IMG/VR virus record: IMGVR_UViG_3300046779_000879
Location: 32,001 to 96,000 of that record
Source: a virus
DNA: 64,000 bases
Direction: 5' to 3' (one strand)
Shown: piece by piece, positions 45,943-56,388 of the stretch
How the letters are laid out: every line of letters begins with the position of its first letter
How positions within the stretch are numbered: the first letter of the stretch is position 1
The notes under the pieces: generated by a model
The model's input: the letters and a program-made list of their open reading frames with translations, nothing else
Told to the model about the DNA's origin: nothing
The model's database searches: none
Made by a program: the position numbers and the translations under genes

Positions 45943-48219
45943 TTAAAATACGCTAGGCTGTGAACCTTGAGTATACTTTGAGTGAGACATACGTGCCTTC
46001 TCAACTTTACGAACACGTGGAGCAAGACGAGTGGCAATACGTCCAATAAGTGCTTTACGTTGTTCTAATGTTCTTTCGATTCTTTCTTTCTCACCAACAG
46101 AAAGTTTACTCGCATCACGACCACGTAGTAGACGTTGCTTCATTAGTTTAATTGCAAGGCGACGTGCACGTTTGTTAATTGTTGCAGTGTTTGAGTAACG
46201 CTTCAACGCAATTTTAGTTGCACGTTCACGTTTTGCTGCAGTGCGACGAATACGGAACTTTGCTTTCATTCTTTCGATACGAGAAAGGACTTCCATGATT
46301 GCTTGTTCATCAAGAGCATCTTCTTCAGGTGACTTTGGAATCTCTTCGCCAGTTTCATCATCGACTAAACCAAGTTCGTCTTCACCGTACTCGTCCATAA
46401 TTTCTTCGTCAGAAAGATTACCAATCATGGCTTCGATTTCTTTATCATCGATATCATCTTCTTCTGATGTTTCTAGAGGAGTATTTGGAGTGGCAACTTC
46501 AATCGTTTGATCTTCTTCTTTAAAGAATGGATCAAATGTAGGTTTTAGTTGAGTTTGATCAATTGATTTATCGTCACAAACACATGGAGATTTTTCGCAT
46601 TCTTCACAAATATCATCTTCAAATTCTATTTCTTCACCAATTGCTTTTCTTAACCCACGAATGGCAAAATCATGCGATTTTAAATGCGCTGGACCTGCCC
46701 ATTCTCCTGAATGTTTCCTTAAAGAATCTCTCTCTTTAGTTAAATGATGTATAATTTCTTTTGTTTTAGAGGTGCCATGCTTCTTTGCTATGTCAGAGTA
46801 ATTAGACTGTCCTTTGATATGAGTATCATACACTGGCGTAGTAGAAGATTCTTTTAATCTTTCTCTCTCTGACTTTTGCTTGTTTGCTAAAGATTCTTTT
46901 TCTTGTGCATGTTTAGCCATTAGATTTGCTTTGGCAACTTCATTTGACTTTGGATCAGGAGTGCTATTTTCTGCAACACTTTGCATTTTTGATAAGAAAG
47001 ATTTAGCAAGTGCCTTTTGTTTGGCAGTGTGTTCTGGATCTGTTTCAATATGTTGAGCAGTTAATTCATGACCACCTTCTTTACCGTAAGTAGTCATACC
47101 TTTCTTCATAATCTTTTTAGCGATCTCAAAACCATGTTGTTCACCAAGATGATATTTAACTTTACGACGACGTAGATTATCTTGACCACCTGGAGATACT
47201 AAAGTGTGTCCAACTTCTCTTTTATCTGCTGCATGTGAATCATAGTCAGCATCAATATCAGACTCGTTATCTTTCTTATGGTCAGCTTGAGATTCTTTAC
47301 CTTTGTGTTGCTCTTCTTTAATCTTCTGTGCCTTAGTGTAATTATAGAAAGTGATCATTCCCTTCTTCACTGTTTTCTCGGGAAACTTACCAACTTCACT
47401 GGTTGGTTCAGAAGTCTTGGTATCGATCTTGTCTGTACCATTTGGTTGAATTGGTGCTTCTGTTAGGTTTGATTCGTTCATTTCTTTTTCTTCTGTAGGT
47501 TTAACATCTTGAATCCATTTGGAAATCAATTTGCCTGTTGATTCTTTTAACAACAAATGATTAGAGCCACGCTTTACAATTGTAAATTTCTCACCATTTG
47601 ATTCTACGATATCACCTTCGTTAAAAATTTCACCACGGAAATACTTCTCACGCAGTTTATCTTTAACCAAGACTATCTGTTCTTTAATAGGCTCAAGACC
47701 TAGACCAGTACGCATCTCATTCATTAGACGTTTACCATCAATATCACGAATGGTGCTTGGTAATCTCTTTTTAAAGTTTTCGTAGATACCCTTTGAAGCA
47801 AACTGCCTCATTTTAGTATTGTCTGCTTCTGGATCTTTATCTACAGGAATAAGTTCTACATTCTGTAGCTTACGCATTTCTGTGATTTGATCAGTTCCAG
47901 CAACAAGGATAATCTTCTTGTACTTCTTATGTAACTCTGTAATAACTTCTTGTAGATTTGATTCGTTGAGTGACTTAAACTTAGTCTTAGGGAACATTAG
48001 ATTAAGGTAATGTTCCTTTTTGTCCTCTTGAATCAGACTATTTTTAGATGGGGATGTATAGATAACGTGTGCGGAACTCTTCTGTTCTGCCAGTTTTTTG
48101 ACTGTCTTTACCAATAATTCGTGACCAACAGTCGGAGGGTTAAATTCTCCAACTGCGCATACAATGGTATTGGACGGTAGTTCTCTGATTAACTGTTTGT
48201 AATCTTTCATTTTATCCAT
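45943..48219 (-). CDS. cytidylyltransferase-like domain protein with basic C-terminal domain
   Basis: GEFNPPTVGH (HIGH-like); Arg-rich C-terminus. Confidence 0.7.
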   Translation of the reverse strand: MDKMKDYKQLIRELPSNTIVCAVGEFNPPTVGHELLVKTVKKLAEQKSSAHVIYTSPSKNSLIQEDKKEHYLNLMFPKTKFKSLNESNLQEVITELHKKYKKIILVAGTDQITEMRKLQNVELIPVDKDPEADNTKMRQFASKGIYENFKKRLPSTIRDIDGKRLMNEMRTGLGLEPIKEQIVLVKDKLREKYFRGEIFNEGDIVESNGEKFTIVKRGSNHLLLKESTGKLISKWIQDVKPTEEKEMNESNLTEAPIQPNGTDKIDTKTSEPTSEVGKFPEKTVKKGMITFYNYTKAQKIKEEQHKGKESQADHKKDNESDIDADYDSHAADKREVGHTLVSPGGQDNLRRRKVKYHLGEQHGFEIAKKIMKKGMTTYGKEGGHELTAQHIETDPEHTAKQKALAKSFLSKMQSVAENSTPDPKSNEVAKANLMAKHAQEKESLANKQKSERERLKESSTTPVYDTHIKGQSNYSDIAKKHGTSKTKEIIHHLTKERDSLRKHSGEWAGPAHLKSHDFAIRGLRKAIGEEIEFEDDICEECEKSPCVCDDKSIDQTQLKPTFDPFFKEEDQTIEVATPNTPLETSEEDDIDDKEIEAMIGNLSDEEIMDEYGEDELGLVDDETGEEIPKSPEEDALDEQAIMEVLSRIERMKAKFRIRRTAAKRERATKIALKRYSNTATINKRARRLAIKLMKQRLLRGRDASKLSVGEKERIERTLEQRKALIGRIATRLAPRVRKVEKARMSHSKYTQGSQPSVF

Positions 48220-48258
48220 CTATAAAGGGTTTGCCTAATTATTTAGGACTTTTGTAAA

Positions 48259-48495
48259 TTACGCTAAGGCGATTAACGCTTCTGCTGCAGCTGCAATCCA
48301 ACGACAGGCGATCTCATCTGAGGCTAATTCTTGCTGGGCACGAACCGAAGCGATCTCTTGGAGTAGATAATCATACTCCTCTCTACTTAGCTGTCCCTGT
48401 TCGAAGTTCTCACGAATAACCAATAGTTCGTTGGCTAAAACTGCTGCTGGACCACCTAGTCCTGCTTGTTCTCTTAGATCGTTTATAATACTCAT
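48259..48495 (-). CDS. hypothetical protein
   Basis: ORF in an operon. Confidence 0.6.
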   Translation of the reverse strand: MSIINDLREQAGLGGPAAVLANELLVIRENFEQGQLSREEYDYLLQEIASVRAQQELASDEIACRWIAAAAEALIALA

Positions 48496-48836
48496 TTTCT
48501 TCCTTTCCATGCATCGGTGATAACATCTACTCTGGCTTTGTTAATTTTGATAACAGACTCACAGAACTTCTCATTTTTAGACTCGTGTGCTTTCTTTAAA
48601 GCTGATTCTAGTCCCTCGACTGCTGGTGCTTGAGGATCGTTACGATGCCATGTATAGACTTTTAGTTTCTCTATCTTAGAGAATGCATCGTTCCAGTCTT
48701 TATTCGTGCAGTTTAATTTATCAACTGCAATCTTTACTTCAACTAGATTATTAAACGCAGCACCATCATGTGGAATAGGAAAGATTACTGCACATCCTGA
48801 TAATGCTACTGCTAGAATTAAAATTAGTTTTTTCAT
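48492..48836 (-). CDS. lipoprotein
   Basis: MKKLILILAVALSGC lipobox. Confidence 0.75.
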   Translation of the reverse strand: MKKLILILAVALSGCAVIFPIPHDGAAFNNLVEVKIAVDKLNCTNKDWNDAFSKIEKLKVYTWHRNDPQAPAVEGLESALKKAHESKNEKFCESVIKINKARVDVITDAWKGRK

Positions 48837-50233
48837 TAGTATATTTCCCTCCATTGAAGAGCAGCACCCACAGTGGCAGTGGCATTTCCTGCGGTTGAAA
48901 TAGTTTTAACTACAATAACATAAACCTCAGAATTATTAGAGTCAAAATTTTGATTTAGAGCATTTTTCTTAGCACTAGTTAGTTCTCCAGAGTTTACTGG
49001 AGATAAAGAGTTTTGAGAAGCACCAGCTGGAATAAAACCAGCCGATAACATATCACCATCTGCTTCAACATACCCTGTTTGTGTCACTGAATATTCAACA
49101 GCACTATCATCATTAACAGATACCCAAGTTACAGTTCCTGTTAAGGATGCAGCTGTAGGTAGTTTTATTACTTGATAGTATACGCTATTCGTTTCTGCGT
49201 AGAAAGAAACATTATTTAAACGAGCAGTGATTCTATTTGGATAACCATTAAATGTATTTTTTAATCTAATAGCAACCAAAGGAAGTGGTGTTGCTGCTGG
49301 CGATGCAGTCGTTCTTGCTAACGGAGCAATTGCCCAGTCGATACCATTTTGCGAGTACCCACCTTCACTAATAACAGTAGCACAGATTTGATCTAAACTT
49401 CCACCAGTGGTCGTTCCTGTGTTAAGAATTTCACAACGAACAGGAAGATTAGGATTTGAAATATAAACTTCACTTAACACGTTACTGCAATTATATTCAT
49501 GAGCAATAATATACACTCCATCATGAACAAAACCGACTCGGATTCTACCAACACCTAACCATTGGAAATCCATATAAACGAGTTGGGTCTTTGACATGTT
49601 AATGTTAAAGCCACTTGGACCAGTACCATCACATTTGTCTACATTCCACAAATGTTGTGGAACTCTACGAACATATTCACCCTGTGTGGCTTCACTTGGT
49701 GAACCAGAAACATAACTTCTTACCACAAAGTTAAGTGTTCCATTGTTTGTATTGTCGCTAGTGTTAGAACCAACCTGTTCGAAATAGATGCCATCTCTGT
49801 CATCAAAGTATCCAGTTCTTTTCGTCACATTTCTTTGAGCATACCCAAAACAAATAGATGATAGAATTGTTTGGGATTTTCCTGGCTGATAGTGATGATA
49901 AAATTTAGTTTGGTGTGCAGCATATGACGTTGTATTGCTAGTAGTTGATAATACAGCACATGCTTTGTTCGAAATAAAAGTTACAGAACCACCATTTGAT
50001 ACTTTGTCTACAAAGTTAGGATCAAGAGCATAAAGATGTTTATAATCTCCCAGTGTGAATGGTTCACTGACACGCTGTCTACCAAATGCATCGTTACCAC
50101 CACCTGATGGAGTAGTTTGAGCATCTACATATATTGGGTTTGCAGCAGAGTTTACTGTGGTGTTCTTTGATACTGGTAACGGATTTCCAATATCATTCTT
50201 AACTTCTTGATTGTTTGTGAACAAATATGTCAT
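48836..50233 (-). CDS. putative virion structural protein
   Basis: DAFGRQRVSEP, YQPGKS, QWLGVG; beta-rich. Confidence 0.7.
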   Translation of the reverse strand: MTYLFTNNQEVKNDIGNPLPVSKNTTVNSAANPIYVDAQTTPSGGGNDAFGRQRVSEPFTLGDYKHLYALDPNFVDKVSNGGSVTFISNKACAVLSTTSNTTSYAAHQTKFYHHYQPGKSQTILSSICFGYAQRNVTKRTGYFDDRDGIYFEQVGSNTSDNTNNGTLNFVVRSYVSGSPSEATQGEYVRRVPQHLWNVDKCDGTGPSGFNINMSKTQLVYMDFQWLGVGRIRVGFVHDGVYIIAHEYNCSNVLSEVYISNPNLPVRCEILNTGTTTGGSLDQICATVISEGGYSQNGIDWAIAPLARTTASPAATPLPLVAIRLKNTFNGYPNRITARLNNVSFYAETNSVYYQVIKLPTAASLTGTVTWVSVNDDSAVEYSVTQTGYVEADGDMLSAGFIPAGASQNSLSPVNSGELTSAKKNALNQNFDSNNSEVYVIVVKTISTAGNATATVGAALQWREIY

Positions 50234-51141
50234 ACGATTCTCCAACCATTACGATATATCATCTGTATGGCTCCATTGTTAATTTGAATTATGAAACCAC
50301 CAGCATCGTTATCAACAGTCCCAAGTACGGTAATAGGATTGATTTCTGCGTCGCCATCTTCATCTTTAATGATTAACATTCTACCAGAATTGGCAGATGA
50401 TGGTAGTGTTATTGTTACTGGACCAGCATAGTTCACACCAATGTAGTAGTCACTATCTTGTACTGTATATGTCGGTGTTGTTACTTCAGTTGTATTATAT
50501 ACAACTTCGTATGGATTGATTTCATCAAATACAAATTTCTTGCGAGCACCATCATACTTTAACCAGCGTCCATCTAATATGGTTTCTCTGGCGACATCGT
50601 CAAGGTATCTAAGATTAACTTCACCAGATCCTGGACCAGCATTGTTAATCTTACCGATCCATTGCTCAAGGAATTTAATCTTGTTATTGATTAGTTGAAA
50701 TTCTCTCTGCGAACTATCTTCTTTAGGAGTTTCAAACTGAGGCGACTTTAAGTATTTTTCAATAGAAGGTAAATCAGCAATGGCTGGATGTTGAGTCTCA
50801 GCTGGAACATCTCCAATCGGAGTTGGGAGTGGTTTAGTTTCAATAAGAACTTCCTCAACTAATTGAGGGTTTTCTTGAATGATTTCTTCTTTTCTATTCT
50901 TTAGAGATGCTAGTTCTGCAAATAAAGAATCAAAATCTGTTTTAACATTTTCTTTAATGTCAGATTCTAATTTTCTATTCTTCTGAACGACAGGATCTTT
51001 GTCCTTTAAATGTGACAATTGGGAGAATAATCCTCCCAAGTCTTCTTTAATATTTTCTTTTATCTCTCTATTCTTAACAGCAACAGGATCTTTTTGTTTA
51101 CCCTCTGCCATTAATTTGAGGAAATCATTTAATTCACTCAT
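50230..51141 (-). CDS. putative structural/tail-associated protein
   Basis: GPGSGEVNLRYLDDV; ITLPS..GRMLIIKDE. Confidence 0.65.
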   Translation of the reverse strand: MSELNDFLKLMAEGKQKDPVAVKNREIKENIKEDLGGLFSQLSHLKDKDPVVQKNRKLESDIKENVKTDFDSLFAELASLKNRKEEIIQENPQLVEEVLIETKPLPTPIGDVPAETQHPAIADLPSIEKYLKSPQFETPKEDSSQREFQLINNKIKFLEQWIGKINNAGPGSGEVNLRYLDDVARETILDGRWLKYDGARKKFVFDEINPYEVVYNTTEVTTPTYTVQDSDYYIGVNYAGPVTITLPSSANSGRMLIIKDEDGDAEINPITVLGTVDNDAGGFIIQINNGAIQMIYRNGWRIV

Positions 51142-52928
51142 TACTTCATCGCTTTTCGTAGGTCATTATACAACGCATCTTTGTGTTCTGGTTTCATCTG
51201 TGAAGATAATGCAGCATGAAATTCTTTCTTCTTACCAGTGGATGCTAACTCTCTTAATTTAGTTCCAGAGATACCAGCTACACCTTTAGCATTCTCGTCA
51301 CGTTGACCAGATGAATGCATGGTGATTGATTTAAAGTTAAAGTGCCCATGAGAAGACTCTTTACCATTATACTTCTTGAGCATCTCAACCATACTCTCAC
51401 GATCTGAACCGCCAACAAAGTGTAGATGTTTAACACCTTTGTTGTATAGATCAACTGCATGGTGAAGGATTGTTGGTTTACTCTTGTCTGCTACTTCAAT
51501 GTTAGTTCCAGGGAATGCATTCTTAGCATGTTTTAACTTCTGCTCTGGACTTAGTGGATTCTTACCATCTTTAGTATTGTGTGAATGAGAAAGAATCAAT
51601 GTATGGTCACCACCAACTTCTTTGGCAGTTTTCTTTAATTGATTAACAACTTGTTCATGTCCAGCAGTTGGAGGATTCATACGACCAAATGCGATGGTAT
51701 GATGTTTCTCGTCTGGCTCTTTGGCTGGAGCACGTGACTTCAATAGATTCTGACGAGCAAATTCTGCACGATTGACCAACTTGGTTGGCTCAGTTGTACC
51801 TTTGTGAGTATGATTGTAAACAAAACCTTCTGGCTTAGAAGCAACACCACCGATGGCATGTTCATAAGATCCTTCGTTGGATTCTAGAGTCTTAACCAAT
51901 TCATTCTTAGCATTGGCTAAGTGACCATGCATCTTTAAAAGATTTTCGTAATGTTCAGCATTCTTTTGAATGTGTTTAACATGACCACTCAACTCAGCAA
52001 GTTTAGCGTTTTGAGACTTCTCAGTTTTAAGTTTACCAATAATCTTTTCGTATTTACCAGCGATGTGTTTTTGTAAACCTTCAGCGGATGGAGTGCTACC
52101 ATCACGAACTGTTTGATTAATGTATGTGCTCAAGTGTCCAGCTTCACCAGAGTGTTCTGGGTGGATGGCATTATACATTTTAGTACCATGCTTTTCGTGA
52201 ATTGTTTTTGCTTTGGATAGTTCTGAAAGAACTTTGTCTTGAGATTCTTGAGGATACTTTGCACCACTGGCATCGTAAGAAGCAGTGTGGTGAAATACGT
52301 GATCGTGTTTACCAAACTCATCATCACTAACATTGCCAGTGGCACGCATACTGCTGAGAGTATTACCTTCGTATTTGGTATGAGTAACTACACCCAACTT
52401 GGCTTTGTGAATTGCTGCAGCTTTGTCGCCATGTGCAGTATAAGTGATAGTGTTTGGAGTGAAGGAAGCAGATCCGCTTTTACCTTTCTTGACATCAGGT
52501 TTAGTAAACATCACGTCACCCTGATAAACACCCTTCTTTGGAGCAACTTTTGGTAAATGCTCAAGACCAGCTTTTAGTTTTTCTACAAGACCTGGAGCAT
52601 GTCCATGATTCTTTTCTACATCTTCAGGTGTGTAGTTTAATTTTGGATTCTTATTGAACGCAGACTTGGAAGCAACAAAGAACTTACCAGTCTCTGGATG
52701 ATGACCATAAACAATAGATGGCGAACCATCGTATTTCATCGTCAACTTGTTGGATTGCTTACCTTGTTTGGTATGGAAGTGTGCACCATGGAGGGCATCG
52801 TATGCATGATGGAAACCTTCTGCTCCGTGGAACAGAGGTCTGTCTTCTGCATGAGTAATGTGCTTGAGTTTAGCACCCTCTTCCTCTACACCTTCGATTA
52901 AAAAATCATTGAATCCTAACACTTTCAT
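51141..52928 (-). CDS. DUF6267-like domain fused to a cytidylyltransferase-like domain
   Basis: KYDGSP..FFVASKSAFNK..EGFV..KLVNRAEF; FGRMNPPTAGH, VGGSDR, ISGTKLR. Confidence 0.8.
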   Translation of the reverse strand: MKVLGFNDFLIEGVEEEGAKLKHITHAEDRPLFHGAEGFHHAYDALHGAHFHTKQGKQSNKLTMKYDGSPSIVYGHHPETGKFFVASKSAFNKNPKLNYTPEDVEKNHGHAPGLVEKLKAGLEHLPKVAPKKGVYQGDVMFTKPDVKKGKSGSASFTPNTITYTAHGDKAAAIHKAKLGVVTHTKYEGNTLSSMRATGNVSDDEFGKHDHVFHHTASYDASGAKYPQESQDKVLSELSKAKTIHEKHGTKMYNAIHPEHSGEAGHLSTYINQTVRDGSTPSAEGLQKHIAGKYEKIIGKLKTEKSQNAKLAELSGHVKHIQKNAEHYENLLKMHGHLANAKNELVKTLESNEGSYEHAIGGVASKPEGFVYNHTHKGTTEPTKLVNRAEFARQNLLKSRAPAKEPDEKHHTIAFGRMNPPTAGHEQVVNQLKKTAKEVGGDHTLILSHSHNTKDGKNPLSPEQKLKHAKNAFPGTNIEVADKSKPTILHHAVDLYNKGVKHLHFVGGSDRESMVEMLKKYNGKESSHGHFNFKSITMHSSGQRDENAKGVAGISGTKLRELASTGKKKEFHAALSSQMKPEHKDALYNDLRKAMK

Positions 52929-52934
52929 ACCTTT

Positions 52935-52963
52935 ATTATACCCTAATTTGCAATATTTGTCAA
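52935..52963 (-). promoter_or_regulatory. consensus sigma70 promoter
   Basis: TTGACA-N17-TATAAT; ATG 6 nt downstream. Confidence 0.85.
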
Positions 52964-52989
52964 GCAATAACCCTACAGACTTGAGGGGT

Positions 52990-54210
52990 TTATTTCAGCT
53001 TGAAAGAGCCAGCGATTCCCTTGTGAGCACCTGACGAGGACTTCAGAGTGTAGCGAGCCACAGTCATAGTCTTACCAGATTCTCTATGTTTACCTTTGAT
53101 TGTTAAAGTAGTTCCAGCTCCAGGAGCAACGTGTAATCCTTCAAACTTCGCTAAATGTTCATCTGCTAAAGTATGTGATGGTTTGATAATAGAATCTGCA
53201 GAACCATCGTTCTTAACTTTACTATGAGCAACATAGTGAGGGATATGAGTTGGAGGAGATACGTTTCCTCTAATAACATCTCTTAGTTTAGCATCATCAT
53301 GTTTTGATAACGCATTAGCAAAGTCAGCAGTAGCTGCAGTGCGTGCTGCAATATTAGATGAACGAGCCAGCTCTGCACGCTGTTTTGATTTTGCTAAAAA
53401 CTCTGCTTGTTTCTTCGCTGGTAAACTATCATGTGCTTTAACAAAAGCAGATAGTTGTGCATGCATAATTTTGTTTTTACCAGATAGTGTTTTACCTGAA
53501 GCCAAAGCACCTTCGTGTTTAGCGTGTTCTTCTCTGGCTTTATCAATACCCATCTCATCAATCTTGGTCTGCATATTTCTTTGATCAGCAGAACCATGAT
53601 GTCCCAAAGCATCCATATGTTCTTTATGGATGTCCATATGCTTCTGTAAAGTTCCAGGTGGTAGTCCAGCAGTTTTCTCTAAAGAATCAACTCCAGGATT
53701 ACGATAGTTTGGTTCTTGTGAACCATACTTGGCAGAGATACCAATATGTCCAACTGGTTTACCATCTTTATGTAATGTAGTAATTAAGTCAGCATTAGAG
53801 TTTACGTCTTTGACACCAACAGTTTTCTCGTGGTCACCAGCGACGTTAGGTTTATCTGCGTTAGATGTCCAATGAACATTACCAATTGTAATTCCGTTAC
53901 CTGTATGTCCATGTTGATCAAGTTGTTTCTTAATATGTTCAGCAGTTTGTTTAGCGTGATTATCAATCTCAGCGTATGCAGCTGGACCAATCTTTTGTTT
54001 CAAACGATCATGCACTTGCTCAGGAGTTCCTGCGTGGTCTTCGTTATCTGAAAATGAACGATGATGTTCTGGCAGAGTAGTTGCTGGGTGTAGATGTTTT
54101 GCTAAAAGCAACTCATGCATCTTACCTTTGTCATCTGCTTCCAGATCTGATGTTTCTGCTTTCTCTAGCAGTAAAGTTTCTTCTTTAAGAAATGATTTAA
54201 AATTTAACAT
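52990..54210 (-). CDS. putative virion-packaged protein with PD-(D/E)xK-like motif
   Basis: MLNFKSFLKEE N-terminus; GKMHE...ADL...GISAKY. Confidence 0.6.
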   Translation of the reverse strand: MLNFKSFLKEETLLLEKAETSDLEADDKGKMHELLLAKHLHPATTLPEHHRSFSDNEDHAGTPEQVHDRLKQKIGPAAYAEIDNHAKQTAEHIKKQLDQHGHTGNGITIGNVHWTSNADKPNVAGDHEKTVGVKDVNSNADLITTLHKDGKPVGHIGISAKYGSQEPNYRNPGVDSLEKTAGLPPGTLQKHMDIHKEHMDALGHHGSADQRNMQTKIDEMGIDKAREEHAKHEGALASGKTLSGKNKIMHAQLSAFVKAHDSLPAKKQAEFLAKSKQRAELARSSNIAARTAATADFANALSKHDDAKLRDVIRGNVSPPTHIPHYVAHSKVKNDGSADSIIKPSHTLADEHLAKFEGLHVAPGAGTTLTIKGKHRESGKTMTVARYTLKSSSGAHKGIAGSFKLK

Positions 54211-55016
54211 TACGCAAATGCCTCAATTAGTTGTTTGTTGTGAACAGTATTATAAAGATTCTCATTGATAGTAACATTAGAAGCACTAGTAACTGGTGCT
54301 ATGTTATAATGTGATTTAGTCATTTTACTAAACTCTAAAGTCATAACAAATTGATAATCTCCACCACCTTTATTTTGACAACGAACTCTAATTCTAGCAG
54401 AGGCAATGTCAGAAAAATCAGGAATTTTATCTTTGAGTTTAGTGTTTAACTTTAATGGATCTCTTTTATTTAATAGATAAAAACCATGGGTGCCAACATT
54501 AATATATGAACACTTTTTGGTATTATAGTAATCACAAATTGCTTTAGCTGGTATATTAATATGAACTTCATTCTCTCCGCTGAACTGTTTGATGTCCTCT
54601 TTATAGGCATCAACTTTTGTTTTACCACTTGGAATTATTTTCTTACCTGACTTATCATTTTGTAGAAATGGAACTTTACCTCGCCAGTTTCTACCAGCAG
54701 TTCCAGATACATTCATCTCGTTAAGTAGTTTGTATTTGTTACCTAAAGCAACTAGTAATTCTTTCTCTGGGTCACCTTTGGAATCTCCATATGCCCATTG
54801 ACCATCTGTATACTTTAGAACTAAAGAACCTGCTGCGGTGGGAGCAATTTTCATCTCACACCCCTCTCGATTGACTCCAGTTTTATCTCTTACTAATTTG
54901 ATCTCTAAATCTGGACGATCTGATGATGCGCCAGCATGCCCTATTCCCGCACTGATGCCATATTTCTTCAGTGCAGTCCATGCATTCGCTTCGTATTGAA
55001 AACCTTGTTGCGCCAT
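54210..55016 (-). CDS. PD-(D/E)xK restriction-endonuclease-like protein
   Basis: GFQYE...RPDL...CEMK. Confidence 0.6.
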   Translation of the reverse strand: MAQQGFQYEANAWTALKKYGISAGIGHAGASSDRPDLEIKLVRDKTGVNREGCEMKIAPTAAGSLVLKYTDGQWAYGDSKGDPEKELLVALGNKYKLLNEMNVSGTAGRNWRGKVPFLQNDKSGKKIIPSGKTKVDAYKEDIKQFSGENEVHINIPAKAICDYYNTKKCSYINVGTHGFYLLNKRDPLKLNTKLKDKIPDFSDIASARIRVRCQNKGGGDYQFVMTLEFSKMTKSHYNIAPVTSASNVTINENLYNTVHNKQLIEAFA

Positions 55017-55045
55017 TTAATCCATTAATAAGAGATTGTAATCTC

Positions 55046-55762
55046 TTATTTAGGTCTTCTGGATGCCCTAATAGTTCTTTCGTATTTGCGTTCCCACTTA
55101 CCCACTTGCTGGATAATCTTTTGAATAGCGTGGTTATTACGATAATCGTAATTGAAAGCCTTGAGGATGTAATGGAAGGTATTTGAGTCTCGCTTCGTTT
55201 TGGATCTAGCGAGTAATTCTGACACTGGTACATTTGGTTTAAACATCTTATAGTCTAAAAATATACAATGTGCATATGCTTGAATCTCATCAAACTCTGA
55301 CAGATATCTTCTCTCTGCGTCTTTTTTGACTTGACCTATTTTTTTGTATGGAACAATGTAGTTGCTCCACTCATCATCACGTCTATCGTATTGCATAAAG
55401 TGGATTAATTCATGCATTTCTACTTGAATTAGTTTAAACTTAAACCTTTCCCATGAACGAGGGGTGAATGGGAAAGAGTCGTAGTGTTCAGTGTGAATTT
55501 GTAAAATACACTGTCGAGTTTCTGGATCGTACTCTCCACCTACAGCAACATGTGTCTCAAAGTACTTGGCTTTGGACTTTTCTTTGAACCAAACTACTTT
55601 AGTTCTCCACTTTCTAAAGTAGTTTGATAGACCTTTGGAATCGTTGCGATACTTGTCTAGGTCTACCCATATTTTCGCAGGGTTGAACTTAGCCCTAAAT
55701 GGACGCTCGTAAAAATTGAGCATTTCCATCCAGTCATAGTTTGATTGTTCTAGGAATTTCAT
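55046..55762 (-). CDS. zincin-like (HExxH) protein
   Basis: HELIH...EIQAYA. Confidence 0.65.
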   Translation of the reverse strand: MKFLEQSNYDWMEMLNFYERPFRAKFNPAKIWVDLDKYRNDSKGLSNYFRKWRTKVVWFKEKSKAKYFETHVAVGGEYDPETRQCILQIHTEHYDSFPFTPRSWERFKFKLIQVEMHELIHFMQYDRRDDEWSNYIVPYKKIGQVKKDAERRYLSEFDEIQAYAHCIFLDYKMFKPNVPVSELLARSKTKRDSNTFHYILKAFNYDYRNNHAIQKIIQQVGKWERKYERTIRASRRPK

Positions 55763-55782
55763 AATCCTAGAAAGTCCTATCC

Positions 55783-56388
55783 TTACCCTAATTGACCCTC
55801 TAAAAAGGTTAGAACTTTCCCCTGCTCCTCTAAGTTAGTGTTTGCAAACTCAGTAATATAGGACATCAATTCGAAATTAGATAATAGATTACTATATTTA
55901 GTCTCTCGCCCTCTTAGGAATTGTTCAGATTGGTCTGAACCACGATCAATATAACGCTGTTCTAGGATCTCTTTAGGTGCTTTGAGATAGACAATCTGTA
56001 GGTCGGTATTCGGTAGACCCATACAGAACTCTAGGAATGACTGATTAAAAACTCGATCTCCTTCGAAAAGAATGTTACAGTTATGCGTCTGGATCCACTC
56101 TTGTAGGTTCGGCTGGACTGCCATCGAAAGGCGATCTGTTCCAGCGAATGTTTCGCCATCTTCATACTTACCTAGAATGTAAAGATCTCGCTCTGTATTA
56201 TATGAAGCTGAAACTAACTTGGCAGGTTCAGTGGCAATCCACTGCTTGTTTTCCATAAACTTACGGAACAACGTAGTCTTGCCAGTTCCAGGTGAACCAC
56301 CAACTGCGATAATCTTTCTAGTCTTCATAGGTTTAGTAATTTTCTGAACAGTAATGGTATCTAAAACACCAAGTTTTTCATTAAGCAT
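55783..56388 (-). CDS. P-loop nucleotide/DNA kinase (5hmU-DNA-kinase-like)
   Basis: GGSPGTGKTT, LGKY, GTDRLS, EGDR; lies in the modification cluster. Confidence 0.75.
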   Translation of the reverse strand: MLNEKLGVLDTITVQKITKPMKTRKIIAVGGSPGTGKTTLFRKFMENKQWIATEPAKLVSASYNTERDLYILGKYEDGETFAGTDRLSMAVQPNLQEWIQTHNCNILFEGDRVFNQSFLEFCMGLPNTDLQIVYLKAPKEILEQRYIDRGSDQSEQFLRGRETKYSNLLSNFELMSYITEFANTNLEEQGKVLTFLEGQLG

